From Candidatus Fervidifonticultor tertius (GTDB taxonomy: Bacteria > Sysuimicrobiota > Sysuimicrobiia > Sysuimicrobiales > Humicultoraceae): DNA of 64,000 nucleotides. Position numbers and translations under genes: made by a program. Location of the stretch: the NCBI GenBank assembly GCA_031459235.1, contig JAVKIY010000004.1, positions 14,448 through 78,447 on the forward strand. The letters are read 5' to 3'. Position 1 is the stretch's first letter; each line of letters starts with the position of its first letter. This document shows, piece after piece, positions 42,527 through 51,931 of this stretch. Under the pieces are notes generated by a model, which saw only the letters and a list, made by a program, of their open reading frames with translations, did not search any database and was not told where the DNA came from.

Positions 42527-43855
42527 GTGCCCAGGCGCAGCGCGGCGGCGCGGCACGCGATCCTGCTCGGGCTGGCCCTGGCCTGGGTCGCGCTGGTCGT
42601 GGACAGTATCACCTACCGGGACGCGCTCTGGTTCCGCTACTATGTCGTGAACCTGGCGTGGCTGCAGTACCTGTTCATGGGGCTCGCCGCGTTCGGCGCC
42701 GCGCTGCTGCTCGCGGGCGCGGTGGCGCGGGGCCCACGGCCGGGCCGCTGGCCGCACCCCCCCGCGGTGACCGTGGTCATCCCGGCGAAAGACGAGGTCG
42801 CGGTCATCGAGGGCGCGGTACGCGCCGCTTGCGCACAGGTCTACGACGGCGACCTCCAGGTGGTGGTGGTCGACGACTGGTCCACCGACGGCACCTCGGC
42901 GGTGCTCGAGCGGTTGCGCGCCGAGCTGCCCGTGGAGGTGGTGCGGACCCGGCCCGGCTCGCTCGGCAAGGCCGCGGCGCTCGCCGCCGGGGTCGCGGCG
43001 AGCCGCGGCGAGCTGATCGCGGTCTTCGACGCCGACGCGCGACCGGGGCCGCGCGTGATCGCCACCCTGGTGCCGCACCTGGCGGACCCGCGGGTCGGCG
43101 CGGTCCAGGGCCGGCGGCTCGTCCACAACGCGGGCCGCAACTGGCTCACGCGCGCTCAGGACGACGAGTACCGGGTCTTCACGACGCTCATGCAGCGGGC
43201 CCGGCAGGCGCTCGGTGGCTTTGTTCTGCTCGCCGGGAACGGGCTGATCGTCCGGCGATCGGCGCTCGCGGCGGTCGGCGGGTGGAACGAGGAGGCGCTG
43301 ACCGAGGACGTGGACCTCAGCATCCGGCTCCACCTGGCCGGCTGGGACGTCCGCTACTGCTACGAGGCGGAAATCTGGGAGGAAGGCGTCGTCACCCTGC
43401 GCGACCTGATCCGGCAGCGGGAGCGGTGGTTCGAGGGTGGGCTACTGTGCCTGGGCACCTACCTGCCGGAGATCGTCGGCGGGCGGCTCCCGCTGTTGCG
43501 GCGCGTAGACATGGTGTTCTTCCTGTCGGGATCGATCCTGAGCACGCTCGCGCTGGTGACGGGCTACCTGTACATGCTGCTCGCGCTCGCGGTCGAGGTG
43601 GTGGTCTATCTGCAACTCCCCCGCGACGCGGTGATGATCGCCTCGGCGGCGGCAACGACCGCGCTCGCGGCGGCGGCGGCACGGGAGGTCGGCGTGCATC
43701 CGGTGCACCTGCTGGGCACCATCGCGCGGTGGAGCGTGTTCACGATGCACACGCTGCTGGTCGTGCCGCTCTCGATCCGTCGCTACGTCTACGCCGCGGT
43801 GACCGGGGCGCGCGACTGGCGCAAGACGGCGCACGAGGGCGTCCCGCCGCCGTAG
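42527..43855 (+). CDS. family 2 glycosyltransferase, integral membrane (processive synthase-like architecture)
   Basis: An N-terminal TM pair, then VVIPAKDE, VVVVDDWSTDGT, FDADARP and QRERWFEG (a Q-R-x-R-W-like motif), followed by about 4 C-terminal TM segments. Confidence 0.8.
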   Translation: MPRRSAAARHAILLGLALAWVALVVDSITYRDALWFRYYVVNLAWLQYLFMGLAAFGAALLLAGAVARGPRPGRWPHPPAVTVVIPAKDEVAVIEGAVRAACAQVYDGDLQVVVVDDWSTDGTSAVLERLRAELPVEVVRTRPGSLGKAAALAAGVAASRGELIAVFDADARPGPRVIATLVPHLADPRVGAVQGRRLVHNAGRNWLTRAQDDEYRVFTTLMQRARQALGGFVLLAGNGLIVRRSALAAVGGWNEEALTEDVDLSIRLHLAGWDVRYCYEAEIWEEGVVTLRDLIRQRERWFEGGLLCLGTYLPEIVGGRLPLLRRVDMVFFLSGSILSTLALVTGYLYMLLALAVEVVVYLQLPRDAVMIASAAATTALAAAAAREVGVHPVHLLGTIARWSVFTMHTLLVVPLSIRRYVYAAVTGARDWRKTAHEGVPPP

Positions 43856-43866
43856 CCCGGCGCGCG

Positions 43867-44853
43867 CTAGATGACGCGCGCGTAGAGGTCCCGCAGCCGC
43901 CGCCCCACGACCTCGATCGAGTGCGCTTCGGCGAACCGCCGGGCCTGCGCGCCCAGGTGGGCCCGGAGCTCGGGCGAGCCCACCAAGCGGGCCAGCCGCT
44001 CGCTGAGCCCGTCCGGGTCAGCGGCCATCAGGCAGTTCACGTTGTCGACAAACCGGCCCGCGAAGCATTCGGCGTCCCGGAGCACCAGCGGCTGGCCCGC
44101 GGCCGCCGCCTCGAGCACGGCGATGCCCTCGTTCTCCACGGCGCTCGGGAAGAGGAAGACGTCCCCGGCGGCGTAGGCCTCGGTGACGTTCTCCACGTAG
44201 CCGGGGAACCGCACGTTCGGGGGCGCCTCCTCGATCACGCGCAGCGTCTCGGGCTTCACCGCGCGGTGGATGCGGCCGAACCACACGAACGTGAGTTCGG
44301 GGAAACGCCGCGCGACCTCGCAGAACACGTCCACGCCCTTGCGCAGCAGGACGAGCCCGACCGCGAAGACCACAACGCCCGCCAGACGGTATCGCCCGCG
44401 GCCGAGGGACCGCGCGCGCCGCAGCGAGGCGAACCGGCGCAGGTCCACGCCGTTGCTCACGATCTCCACCGGCCGGTCCACCCCGTGGCGCCGGAGCACC
44501 GCCTGCGTGTAAGCGGTCGGGGTGACCACCACGTCGGCTTTGTTGTAGAAGCGCGTGAGCAGCCGGCCCAGGGCAGGCGCCAGCACGTCGCTCATGACGA
44601 ACGAGTTGGCGAAGTCCTCCGCCGTGGTGTGGCCGTGGATAACCACGGGGCGGATGCCCGCGTACCGCTCGGCCAGATAGAACGAGCGCGGGCCGATCGC
44701 CTCGAGGTGGAGGACGTCGAACGGCCCGTCCGGGTCGCTGGTGACCTCGACGCCCGCCCGGCGCAGCGCGCGCAGGTGGTTCTCGTACGCCTGGCGGATG
44801 CCGCTGCTCCACGAGGCGCTCGCCTGGTGCTCGCTGTAGAGGCAGACTCTCAC
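43867..44853 (-). CDS. family 4 (GT-B, group 1) glycosyltransferase
   Basis: N-terminal MRVCLYSE...G.....H..AL...GVEV and the C-terminal E-x7-E-type block FLFPSAVENEGIAVLEAAAAGQPLVLRD. It is convergent with the GT2 gene, with stops 11 nt apart. Confidence 0.85.
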   Translation of the reverse strand: MRVCLYSEHQASASWSSGIRQAYENHLRALRRAGVEVTSDPDGPFDVLHLEAIGPRSFYLAERYAGIRPVVIHGHTTAEDFANSFVMSDVLAPALGRLLTRFYNKADVVVTPTAYTQAVLRRHGVDRPVEIVSNGVDLRRFASLRRARSLGRGRYRLAGVVVFAVGLVLLRKGVDVFCEVARRFPELTFVWFGRIHRAVKPETLRVIEEAPPNVRFPGYVENVTEAYAAGDVFLFPSAVENEGIAVLEAAAAGQPLVLRDAECFAGRFVDNVNCLMAADPDGLSERLARLVGSPELRAHLGAQARRFAEAHSIEVVGRRLRDLYARVI

Positions 44854-44918
44854 GAGCGTTCCGGTTCGCCGCGATGGGGCCTGTGGAGAGGGTTCGGGCC
44901 ACGCCCGCGCGTCCCTGC

Positions 44919-44948
44919 TGGACGCTGCGCGCGCCGCCGTGGTACACT
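44919..44948 (+). promoter_or_regulatory. candidate promoter of the ileS T-box leader
   Basis: TGGACG (44919-44924), an 18-nt spacer, then TGgTACACT (extended -10, TACACT 44943-44948), about 40 nt upstream of the first T-box stem I elements. Confidence 0.3.
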
Positions 44949-44984
44949 ACGCCGGAACTGGCGAGGACGGGGACGGAGCCGTGC

Positions 44985-45195
44985 GCGGCCGCAAGCGAGC
45001 CGGGAGGGCGGTGCGAGCCCGGCGGGCGCGAGCGGTTTCCCATCACCCCCGAGCCGCGGCCCGAGCAGGAACGCTTGCCAGGCGCCGCCGGGACGCTCCC
45101 CCGTCATCGGGAGCCGAGTGCCGGCCGCGGTCACCCGGCCGGAACGAGGGTGGAACCACGGGCAGCGCCCGTCCCTTGGGGGCGGGCGCTGCCCG
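44985..45195 (+). promoter_or_regulatory. T-box leader (tRNA-Ile responsive) upstream of ileS
   Basis: In order: AG-bulge-like AGCGAG (44994-44999), distal-loop-like GGTGCGA (45010-45016), candidate specifier AUC + A (ATC 45042-45044), and T-box core GAGGGTGGAACCACGGG (45146-45162). A perfect 13-bp hairpin, CGGGCAGCGCCCG (45159-45171) with CGGGCGCTGCCCG (45183-45195), overlaps the 3' half of the T-box as in terminator/antiterminator switches. Confidence 0.7.
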
Positions 45196-45233
45196 CGTTC
45201 GCGCACCACGACGGTCGAGGGAGGACAGTCGGC

Positions 45234-48200
45234 ATGACCCGCTTTGCGCCGCTGCCCGCGAAGGTGGATTTCCCCGGGCTCGAGCGCGAGATTCTCGCTT
45301 GGTGGCGCGAGCAGCAGATCGTCGCGCGCTATCTCCGCCGCAACGAGACCGCCGCGCAGCGGTTCTCCTTCCTCGACGGCCCGATCACGGCCAACAACCC
45401 GATGGGGATTCACCACGCGTGGGGCCGGACCTACAAGGACCTGGTACAGCGCTACAAGACGATGCGCGGCTACCGGCAGCGCTATCAGAACGGCTTCGAC
45501 GGGCAGGGGTTGTGGGTCGAGGTCGAGGTCGAGAAGGAGCTCGGCTTCAAGAGCAAGCGGGACATCGAGACCTACGGCGTCGCCCCGTTCGTCGAGCTGT
45601 GCAAGGCGCGCGTGATGCGGTTCGCGGACATCATCACGCAGCAGTCCCAGCGTCTGGGCTACTGGATGGACTGGGACCGTTCCTACCACACGCTGGCCGA
45701 CGAGAACAACTACACGATCTGGCACTTCCTGAAGCGGTGCTGGGAACGCGGGATGATCTACAAGGGCCACGACGTCATGCCGTGGTGCCCGCGCTGCAGT
45801 ACCGGCATCTCCGAGCACGAGATCGTCACCGAGGGCTACCGCGAGATCACCCACCCCGGCCTGGTCGTGCGCCTGCCGCTGCTGGAGGAGCCCGGGCGCG
45901 CGCTCCTGGTGTGGACGACCACACCCTGGACGCTGACGAGCAACGTGGCCGCCGCCGTGCACCCGGCGCTGGCCTACGCGCGCGTCCGCCAGGGCGACGA
46001 GGAGTTCTACCTGGCCACCGGCGCGCTGGGCGTGCTGGCCGGCCCCTACCGCGTGCTGGAGACCCTGCCCGGTGCGGCGCTCGTGGGCCGGCGCTATCGC
46101 GGCCCGTTCGACGACCTGCCGGTGCAGCAGGGCATCGAGCACCGGGTCATCCCGTGGGACGAGGTGAGCGCCGCCGAGGGCACGGGCATCGTGCACATCG
46201 CGCCCGGCTGCGGCGCCGAGGACTTCGGGCTTGGCAGGGTCCACGGGCTGCCGGTGCTCGCCCCGCTGGACGAGTTCGGTGTCTTCGTGGACGGTTACGG
46301 CTGGCTGGCGGGACGCATGGTCTACGAGGTGGCGGGGCCGGTCGCGGATGACCTGCGGCGGCGCGGGCTGCTCTACCGCGCCGACCCCTACACCCACCGC
46401 TACCCGGTCTGCTGGCGCTGCGGGAGCGAGCTGATCTTCCGCCTGGTGGACGAGTGGTTCATCGCGATGGACCCGGTGCGCGAGGCCATGATGGCCGTGA
46501 CCCGGCAGATCCGGTGGATCCCCGCGTTCGGGCTGGAGCGCGAGCTCGACTGGCTGCGCAACATGCACGACTGGATGATCAGCAAGAAGCGCTACTACGG
46601 CCTCGCCCTGCCCATCTACGAGTGCGCGTCCTGCGGGGCGTTCGAGGTGATCGGGTCGAAGGACGAGCTGCGCGCGCGCGCCGTGGCGGGCTGGGAGCAG
46701 TTCGAGGGCCACTCGCCCCACCGGCCGTGGATCGACGCGGTGACGATCCGCTGCCGCGCCTGCGGCGCCTCGGTGCCACGGATCAGCGACGTGGGCAACC
46801 CCTGGCTGGACGCTGGGATCGTGCCGTTCTCCACCCTGCTCGACCCGGCGACCGGCGGGGTATCCTACCTGGAGGACCGCCGGTACTGGCGCGACTGGTT
46901 CCCCGCCCACTTCATTACCGAGGCGTTTCCCGGGCAGTACCGGAACTGGTTCTACGCGCTGCTGGTGATGAGCACCGTGCTGGAGAACCGGCCGCCCTTC
47001 GAGGTCTGCCTCGGCCATGCCATGGTCCGGGACGAGCGGGGCCGGGAGATGCACAAGTCGTGGGGCAACGCGATCGAGTTCGAGGAGGCGGCCGAGCGCA
47101 TCGGCGCCGACGTGGTGCGCTGGTTGTATGCGACGCAGAACCCGGCGCAGAACGTGAACTTCGGCTACGGGCCGGCCGACGACGTCCGACGCCGGTTCGT
47201 GCTGCCGTGGTGGAACGTCTACGCGTTCTTCGTCACCTACGCGTCGCTGGAGGCGCTCGACTTCGCCCGGCTGGCCGCCGAGGCGCCGCCGCTGCGGCTG
47301 CTGGACCGCTGGATTCTCTCGCGCGCCTGTGGCTTGGTGGCGACCATGCGCGAGCGTCTCGACGACTACGACATCGCTGGCGCCGCGCGGCCCGCGGAGG
47401 CGTTCGTGGACGAGCTGTCCACCTGGTACGTCCGCCGCAGCCGCCGGCGGTTCTGGAGGAGCGGGGACGACGCGGACAAGCGCGCCGCGTACTACACGCT
47501 CTATCATGTGCTGCGCACACTGGCGACCGCGCTCGCGCCCTTCGTGCCCTTCATGGCCGAGGCGATCTACCAGAACCTGGTGCGGCCGGTCGAGCCCGAC
47601 GCACCGGAGAGCGTACATCTCTGCACGTACCCCGAGCCCGACCCGGCCCGCCGCGACCCGGAGCTCGAGGCGCGCATGGACGCGGTGCGCGCGCTGGTGG
47701 CGCTCGGCCGGGCGGCGCGCGGCGCGGCGCGGGTGCGGGTGCGGCAGCCGCTTCCCGCGGTGCTCGTGGCGACCACCGACCGGCGGCTGCGAGAGGAGCC
47801 TGAGCTCGTGGACCTGCTGGCGGACGAGTTGAACGTCAAGCGGGTCGAGTTCGCGGACGAGATCGGCGAGGTCGTGACCTACGAGGTCAGGCCGCGTTTC
47901 GACCGGCTGGGGCCGAAGTACGGTGCGCGCGTGCAGGCCGTGGCGGCCGCGATCCGTCAACTCCCCGCCCGCCAGACCGCGGAGGCCATCGCCGCCGGCG
48001 GCCCGCTCGCGGTGCGGGTGGGCGGGGAGACGCTCGCGCTCGAGCCCGACGACGTCGAGGTGCGGCTGCGGACCGCCCCGGGCTACGCAGCGGAGAGCAG
48101 CGGGGGCCACGTGGTGGTGCTGGAAACGACGATCGACGAATCGCTGCGGCGCGAGGGCCAGGCGCGCGAGCTGGTTCACCACATCCAGCAGCTCCGGAAG

Positions 48201-48410
48201 GACCGGGGTCTGGAGGTCAGCGATCGGATCGCCCTCCACCTGGCCGGCGACGCCGGGCTCGAGGCGCTCCTGGCGGCGCATGGAGACTACATCCTGTCCG
48301 AGACGCTCGCCGTCCGGGTCGTGGTGGGGACGGCCGCCCCGGCCGACGGCCGGGAGGTGAACCTGGACGGCACGGTCGTGCGTGTCGCCCTGGAGCGCGC
48401 GGGCACCTAA
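45234..48410 (+). CDS. ileS: isoleucine--tRNA ligase (long, type 2-like, 1058 aa)
   Basis: HIGH-type motif (PMGIHHAWGR), KMSKS-type motif (EMHKSWGN), CP1 editing domain blocks (TTTPWTL) and a Cys cluster CWRCGSEL. RBS GGGAGG precedes ATG 45234. Confidence 0.97.
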   Translation: MTRFAPLPAKVDFPGLEREILAWWREQQIVARYLRRNETAAQRFSFLDGPITANNPMGIHHAWGRTYKDLVQRYKTMRGYRQRYQNGFDGQGLWVEVEVEKELGFKSKRDIETYGVAPFVELCKARVMRFADIITQQSQRLGYWMDWDRSYHTLADENNYTIWHFLKRCWERGMIYKGHDVMPWCPRCSTGISEHEIVTEGYREITHPGLVVRLPLLEEPGRALLVWTTTPWTLTSNVAAAVHPALAYARVRQGDEEFYLATGALGVLAGPYRVLETLPGAALVGRRYRGPFDDLPVQQGIEHRVIPWDEVSAAEGTGIVHIAPGCGAEDFGLGRVHGLPVLAPLDEFGVFVDGYGWLAGRMVYEVAGPVADDLRRRGLLYRADPYTHRYPVCWRCGSELIFRLVDEWFIAMDPVREAMMAVTRQIRWIPAFGLERELDWLRNMHDWMISKKRYYGLALPIYECASCGAFEVIGSKDELRARAVAGWEQFEGHSPHRPWIDAVTIRCRACGASVPRISDVGNPWLDAGIVPFSTLLDPATGGVSYLEDRRYWRDWFPAHFITEAFPGQYRNWFYALLVMSTVLENRPPFEVCLGHAMVRDERGREMHKSWGNAIEFEEAAERIGADVVRWLYATQNPAQNVNFGYGPADDVRRRFVLPWWNVYAFFVTYASLEALDFARLAAEAPPLRLLDRWILSRACGLVATMRERLDDYDIAGAARPAEAFVDELSTWYVRRSRRRFWRSGDDADKRAAYYTLYHVLRTLATALAPFVPFMAEAIYQNLVRPVEPDAPESVHLCTYPEPDPARRDPELEARMDAVRALVALGRAARGAARVRVRQPLPAVLVATTDRRLREEPELVDLLADELNVKRVEFADEIGEVVTYEVRPRFDRLGPKYGARVQAVAAAIRQLPARQTAEAIAAGGPLAVRVGGETLALEPDDVEVRLRTAPGYAAESSGGHVVVLETTIDESLRREGQARELVHHIQQLRKDRGLEVSDRIALHLAGDAGLEALLAAHGDYILSETLAVRVVVGTAAPADGREVNLDGTVVRVALERAGT

Positions 48411-48432
48411 ACCTCGATCCCGGCTCGCAGGC

Positions 48433-48461
48433 TTGTCAGCGGTAGGGGCGACGAGTAAGAT
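48433..48461 (+). promoter_or_regulatory. candidate promoter for the dksA-like/lspA/lgt/rluD/pyrR genes
   Basis: TTGTCA (48433-48438), a 17-nt spacer, then TAAGAT (48456-48461), in the 88-nt gap after ileS. Confidence 0.4.
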
Positions 48462-48498
48462 AGGGGCGGCTTTTCGACCGAACGCGTGTGTGGAGGGG

Positions 48499-49101
48499 AT
48501 GAGGGTCATGCCCAGCAGGTCTGCCGGACGGTCGGGAAAGGCCCGAGGTGGGTCGGCTCGCCCGGCGGCGACCAGGAAGGCCCGAACCGGGGCGGCCCGG
48601 CCCAGCGCCCGCAAAGCGGCGCGGCCACGGTCAGGCCCGGCCCGGCCGGCCCGGCCCGGCCGGGCGCTCAAGAGCCGGCTGAGGCCCGCGGCGCCCGCCC
48701 GGCCGGCGGTGAAGACGCGGCCGCTGACCAAGCGTGAGCTCGAGGAGTTCCGCCGCCAGCTCGAGGCCGAGCGTGACCGGCTGAGCGCCGAGCTGGAGGC
48801 GATGGAGGAGCACCTGCCCGAGGTGGAGCAGGTCAGCGTGGACGCGAGTGGCGGCTACGACGAGGACCTGGCGGACGTCGCGAGCGACACGTTCGAGCGC
48901 GAGAAGGGCATCGCCATCGAAAACAGCGTCCAGGACCTGTTGCAGCAGGTCGAGGAGGCGCTGGAGCGCATCGACCAGGGGACTTTCGGCATCTGCGAGG
49001 CGTGCGGATCGCCGATCCACCCGGAGCGGCTGCGGGCGCTGCCCTACGCGCGGCTGTGCATCGACTGCAAGGCGCGGGAAGAGCAGGCGATCCCCCGATA
49101 G
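48499..49101 (+). CDS. TraR/DksA family C4 zinc-finger protein (YlyA/YteA-like) with an ~80-aa highly basic N-terminal tail
   Basis: The C-terminus IDQGTFGICEACGSPIHPERLRALPYARLCIDCK is the DksA/TraR C4 finger, preceded by a coiled-coil (ELEEFRRQLEAERDRLSAELEAMEE). The start is ATG 48499 or 48508. Its position between ileS and lspA matches B. subtilis ylyA. Confidence 0.8.
   Translation: MRVMPSRSAGRSGKARGGSARPAATRKARTGAARPSARKAARPRSGPARPARPGRALKSRLRPAAPARPAVKTRPLTKRELEEFRRQLEAERDRLSAELEAMEEHLPEVEQVSVDASGGYDEDLADVASDTFEREKGIAIENSVQDLLQQVEEALERIDQGTFGICEACGSPIHPERLRALPYARLCIDCKAREEQAIPR
48634..48661 (+). repeat. perfect tandem duplication of a 14-nt unit (GGCCCGGCCCGGCC x2) inside the basic tail coding region
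   Basis: Read directly: 48634-48647 equals 48648-48661. It encodes ..GPARPARPGRA... Confidence 0.6.
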
Positions 49102-49118
49102 CCGCGCCGTCCCCGCAA

Positions 49119-49589
49119 GTGCCGGCGACGCGCGGGTGGCGCGTGCTGGCCGGCGCCGCGGCGGTGTTCGTGGCCGATCAGGCTGCGAAGGCGGCCGTGC
49201 TCGCCTGGGTGCCCATGGGGACTACCCGGCCGATCCTGCCCGGCGTGCTCAGTCTCTCGCCGGTCGCCAACACCGGCGTCGCGTTCGGTTTGCTGCCCGG
49301 GTTGCCGCCGGTCGTCGCCGTGCTCGCCGCCTTGAGCCTGTTCGCCGCCCTTCTCTACAACAGGTCCGGCCGACCCGGCACGCGCGTCTGGGCGACCGGT
49401 ATCGCCCTGATGGTCGGCGGCGCGGCGGCGAACCTGCTCGACCGTCTCCGGCTCGGGTACGTGATCGACTACCTGGACCTGCACGTCTGGCCTGTCTTCA
49501 ACGCGGCGGACGCGGCCATCGTCGTCGGGGCGGGTGCGCTGGTCGTCGCGCTCGCACGCGAGGAGCGCCGCGCGGATTCTCGGAGGTGA
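49119..49589 (+). CDS. lspA: lipoprotein signal peptidase II
   Basis: Motifs NTGVAFGL and VIDYLDLH.WPVFNAADAAIVVGA, with 4 TM segments. GTG 49119 is the first start after the upstream stop. Confidence 0.9.
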   Translation: MPATRGWRVLAGAAAVFVADQAAKAAVLAWVPMGTTRPILPGVLSLSPVANTGVAFGLLPGLPPVVAVLAALSLFAALLYNRSGRPGTRVWATGIALMVGGAAANLLDRLRLGYVIDYLDLHVWPVFNAADAAIVVGAGALVVALAREERRADSRR

Positions 49590-49593
49590 TGGC

Positions 49594-50388
49594 GTGCGGC
49601 CGGTGCTGTTCGACCTCTTCGGCGTAATCCCGGTCTCGTCGTTCGGTGTCTTCCTCCTGCTCGGGTTCTTCGCCGGCATTACCATCGCCCGCCGCACCGC
49701 GCGCGAGCGGCTCGACCTGGACCCCAACCAGGTGCTCGACCTCTCGCTCTACCTGATCATCGCGGGCATCGTCGCGGGCCGGCTCGGGTTCATCGTGGCG
49801 AACCCCGAGGCGTTCCTCACAGACCCGGCGCGCATGCTCACGCTCTGGCGCGACGGCGGGCTCACCTACTACGGGGCGCTGCTCGGGGGGCTCTGGCTGG
49901 CGTGGGCGTTCGCGCAGCGCTGGCGGGTCGCCTTCGGTGCGCTCGCCGACGCCTACGCGCCCGCGCTGATCGCCGGCTACGCGGTGGCGATGATCGGCGC
50001 GTTGCTCCACGGGCTCTTCGTCGGCCGCCCCACGGGCGTGCCCTGGGCAATGGAGCTGTTCCTCGAGCGCCGGCACCCGGCGCCGCTCTACCTGCTCGCG
50101 GCCGCCGCGGGCATCCTGGCGATCCTGCGGGCACAGCGCCACCGCGATCTCCCACCGGGCACGCTGTTGGCGCTGGCCGTGCTGCTGCAGTCGGTGGCGC
50201 GGTTCGCGGTGGACGTCTTCGTGGACGCGCCGGCGGTGCTGGGGCCGCTGACCGCCGGGCAGGTGGCGAGCGGGGTGGCGGTGCTGGTGTGCGCCGTCGT
50301 GCTGGTCCGGCTACAGCGCCGTGCGCCGCAGGCCGCCGAGCCTCCCGCCGGGCCGCCACCCGAGCCGCCGTCCGAGGTACCGGCGTAG
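49594..50388 (+). CDS. lgt: prolipoprotein diacylglyceryl transferase (Lgt family)
   Basis: Polytopic, with SFGVFLLLGF..G, I.AGIVAGRLGF, LW.DGGLTYYGALLGG and G..GN. RBS GGAGG (49582-49586) lies 7 nt before GTG 49594. Its position next to lspA fits. Confidence 0.75.
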   Translation: MRPVLFDLFGVIPVSSFGVFLLLGFFAGITIARRTARERLDLDPNQVLDLSLYLIIAGIVAGRLGFIVANPEAFLTDPARMLTLWRDGGLTYYGALLGGLWLAWAFAQRWRVAFGALADAYAPALIAGYAVAMIGALLHGLFVGRPTGVPWAMELFLERRHPAPLYLLAAAAGILAILRAQRHRDLPPGTLLALAVLLQSVARFAVDVFVDAPAVLGPLTAGQVASGVAVLVCAVVLVRLQRRAPQAAEPPAGPPPEPPSEVPA

Positions 50389-50402
50389 GCGCCGACAGGT
50401 CA

Positions 50403-51910
<1,508 letters not shown>

Positions 51911-51931
51911 CCGCCGCGTGCCGGGCGACCA

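Noticed and set aside
45103-45108. Second ATC (GTCATC) as an alternative T-box specifier codon
   Set aside because: It lies downstream of the stem I elements, in the stem II/III region. ATC 45042 follows the distal-loop-like GGTGCGA at the expected distance and is followed by the conserved purine A.
42658-45237. 859-aa plus-strand ORF
   Set aside because: It runs out of frame through the GT2 gene, antisense through the GT4 gene and across the ileS leader. It is a low-complexity Arg/Gly/Pro translation, and the competing frames have clear glycosyltransferase motifs.
44850-48731. 1293-aa ORF on the minus strand
   Set aside because: It is exactly antisense to ileS, whose identity is unambiguous, and crosses the T-box leader. 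Its composition is Arg/Pro/Gly/His-rich and motif-free. It is a GC-driven shadow ORF.
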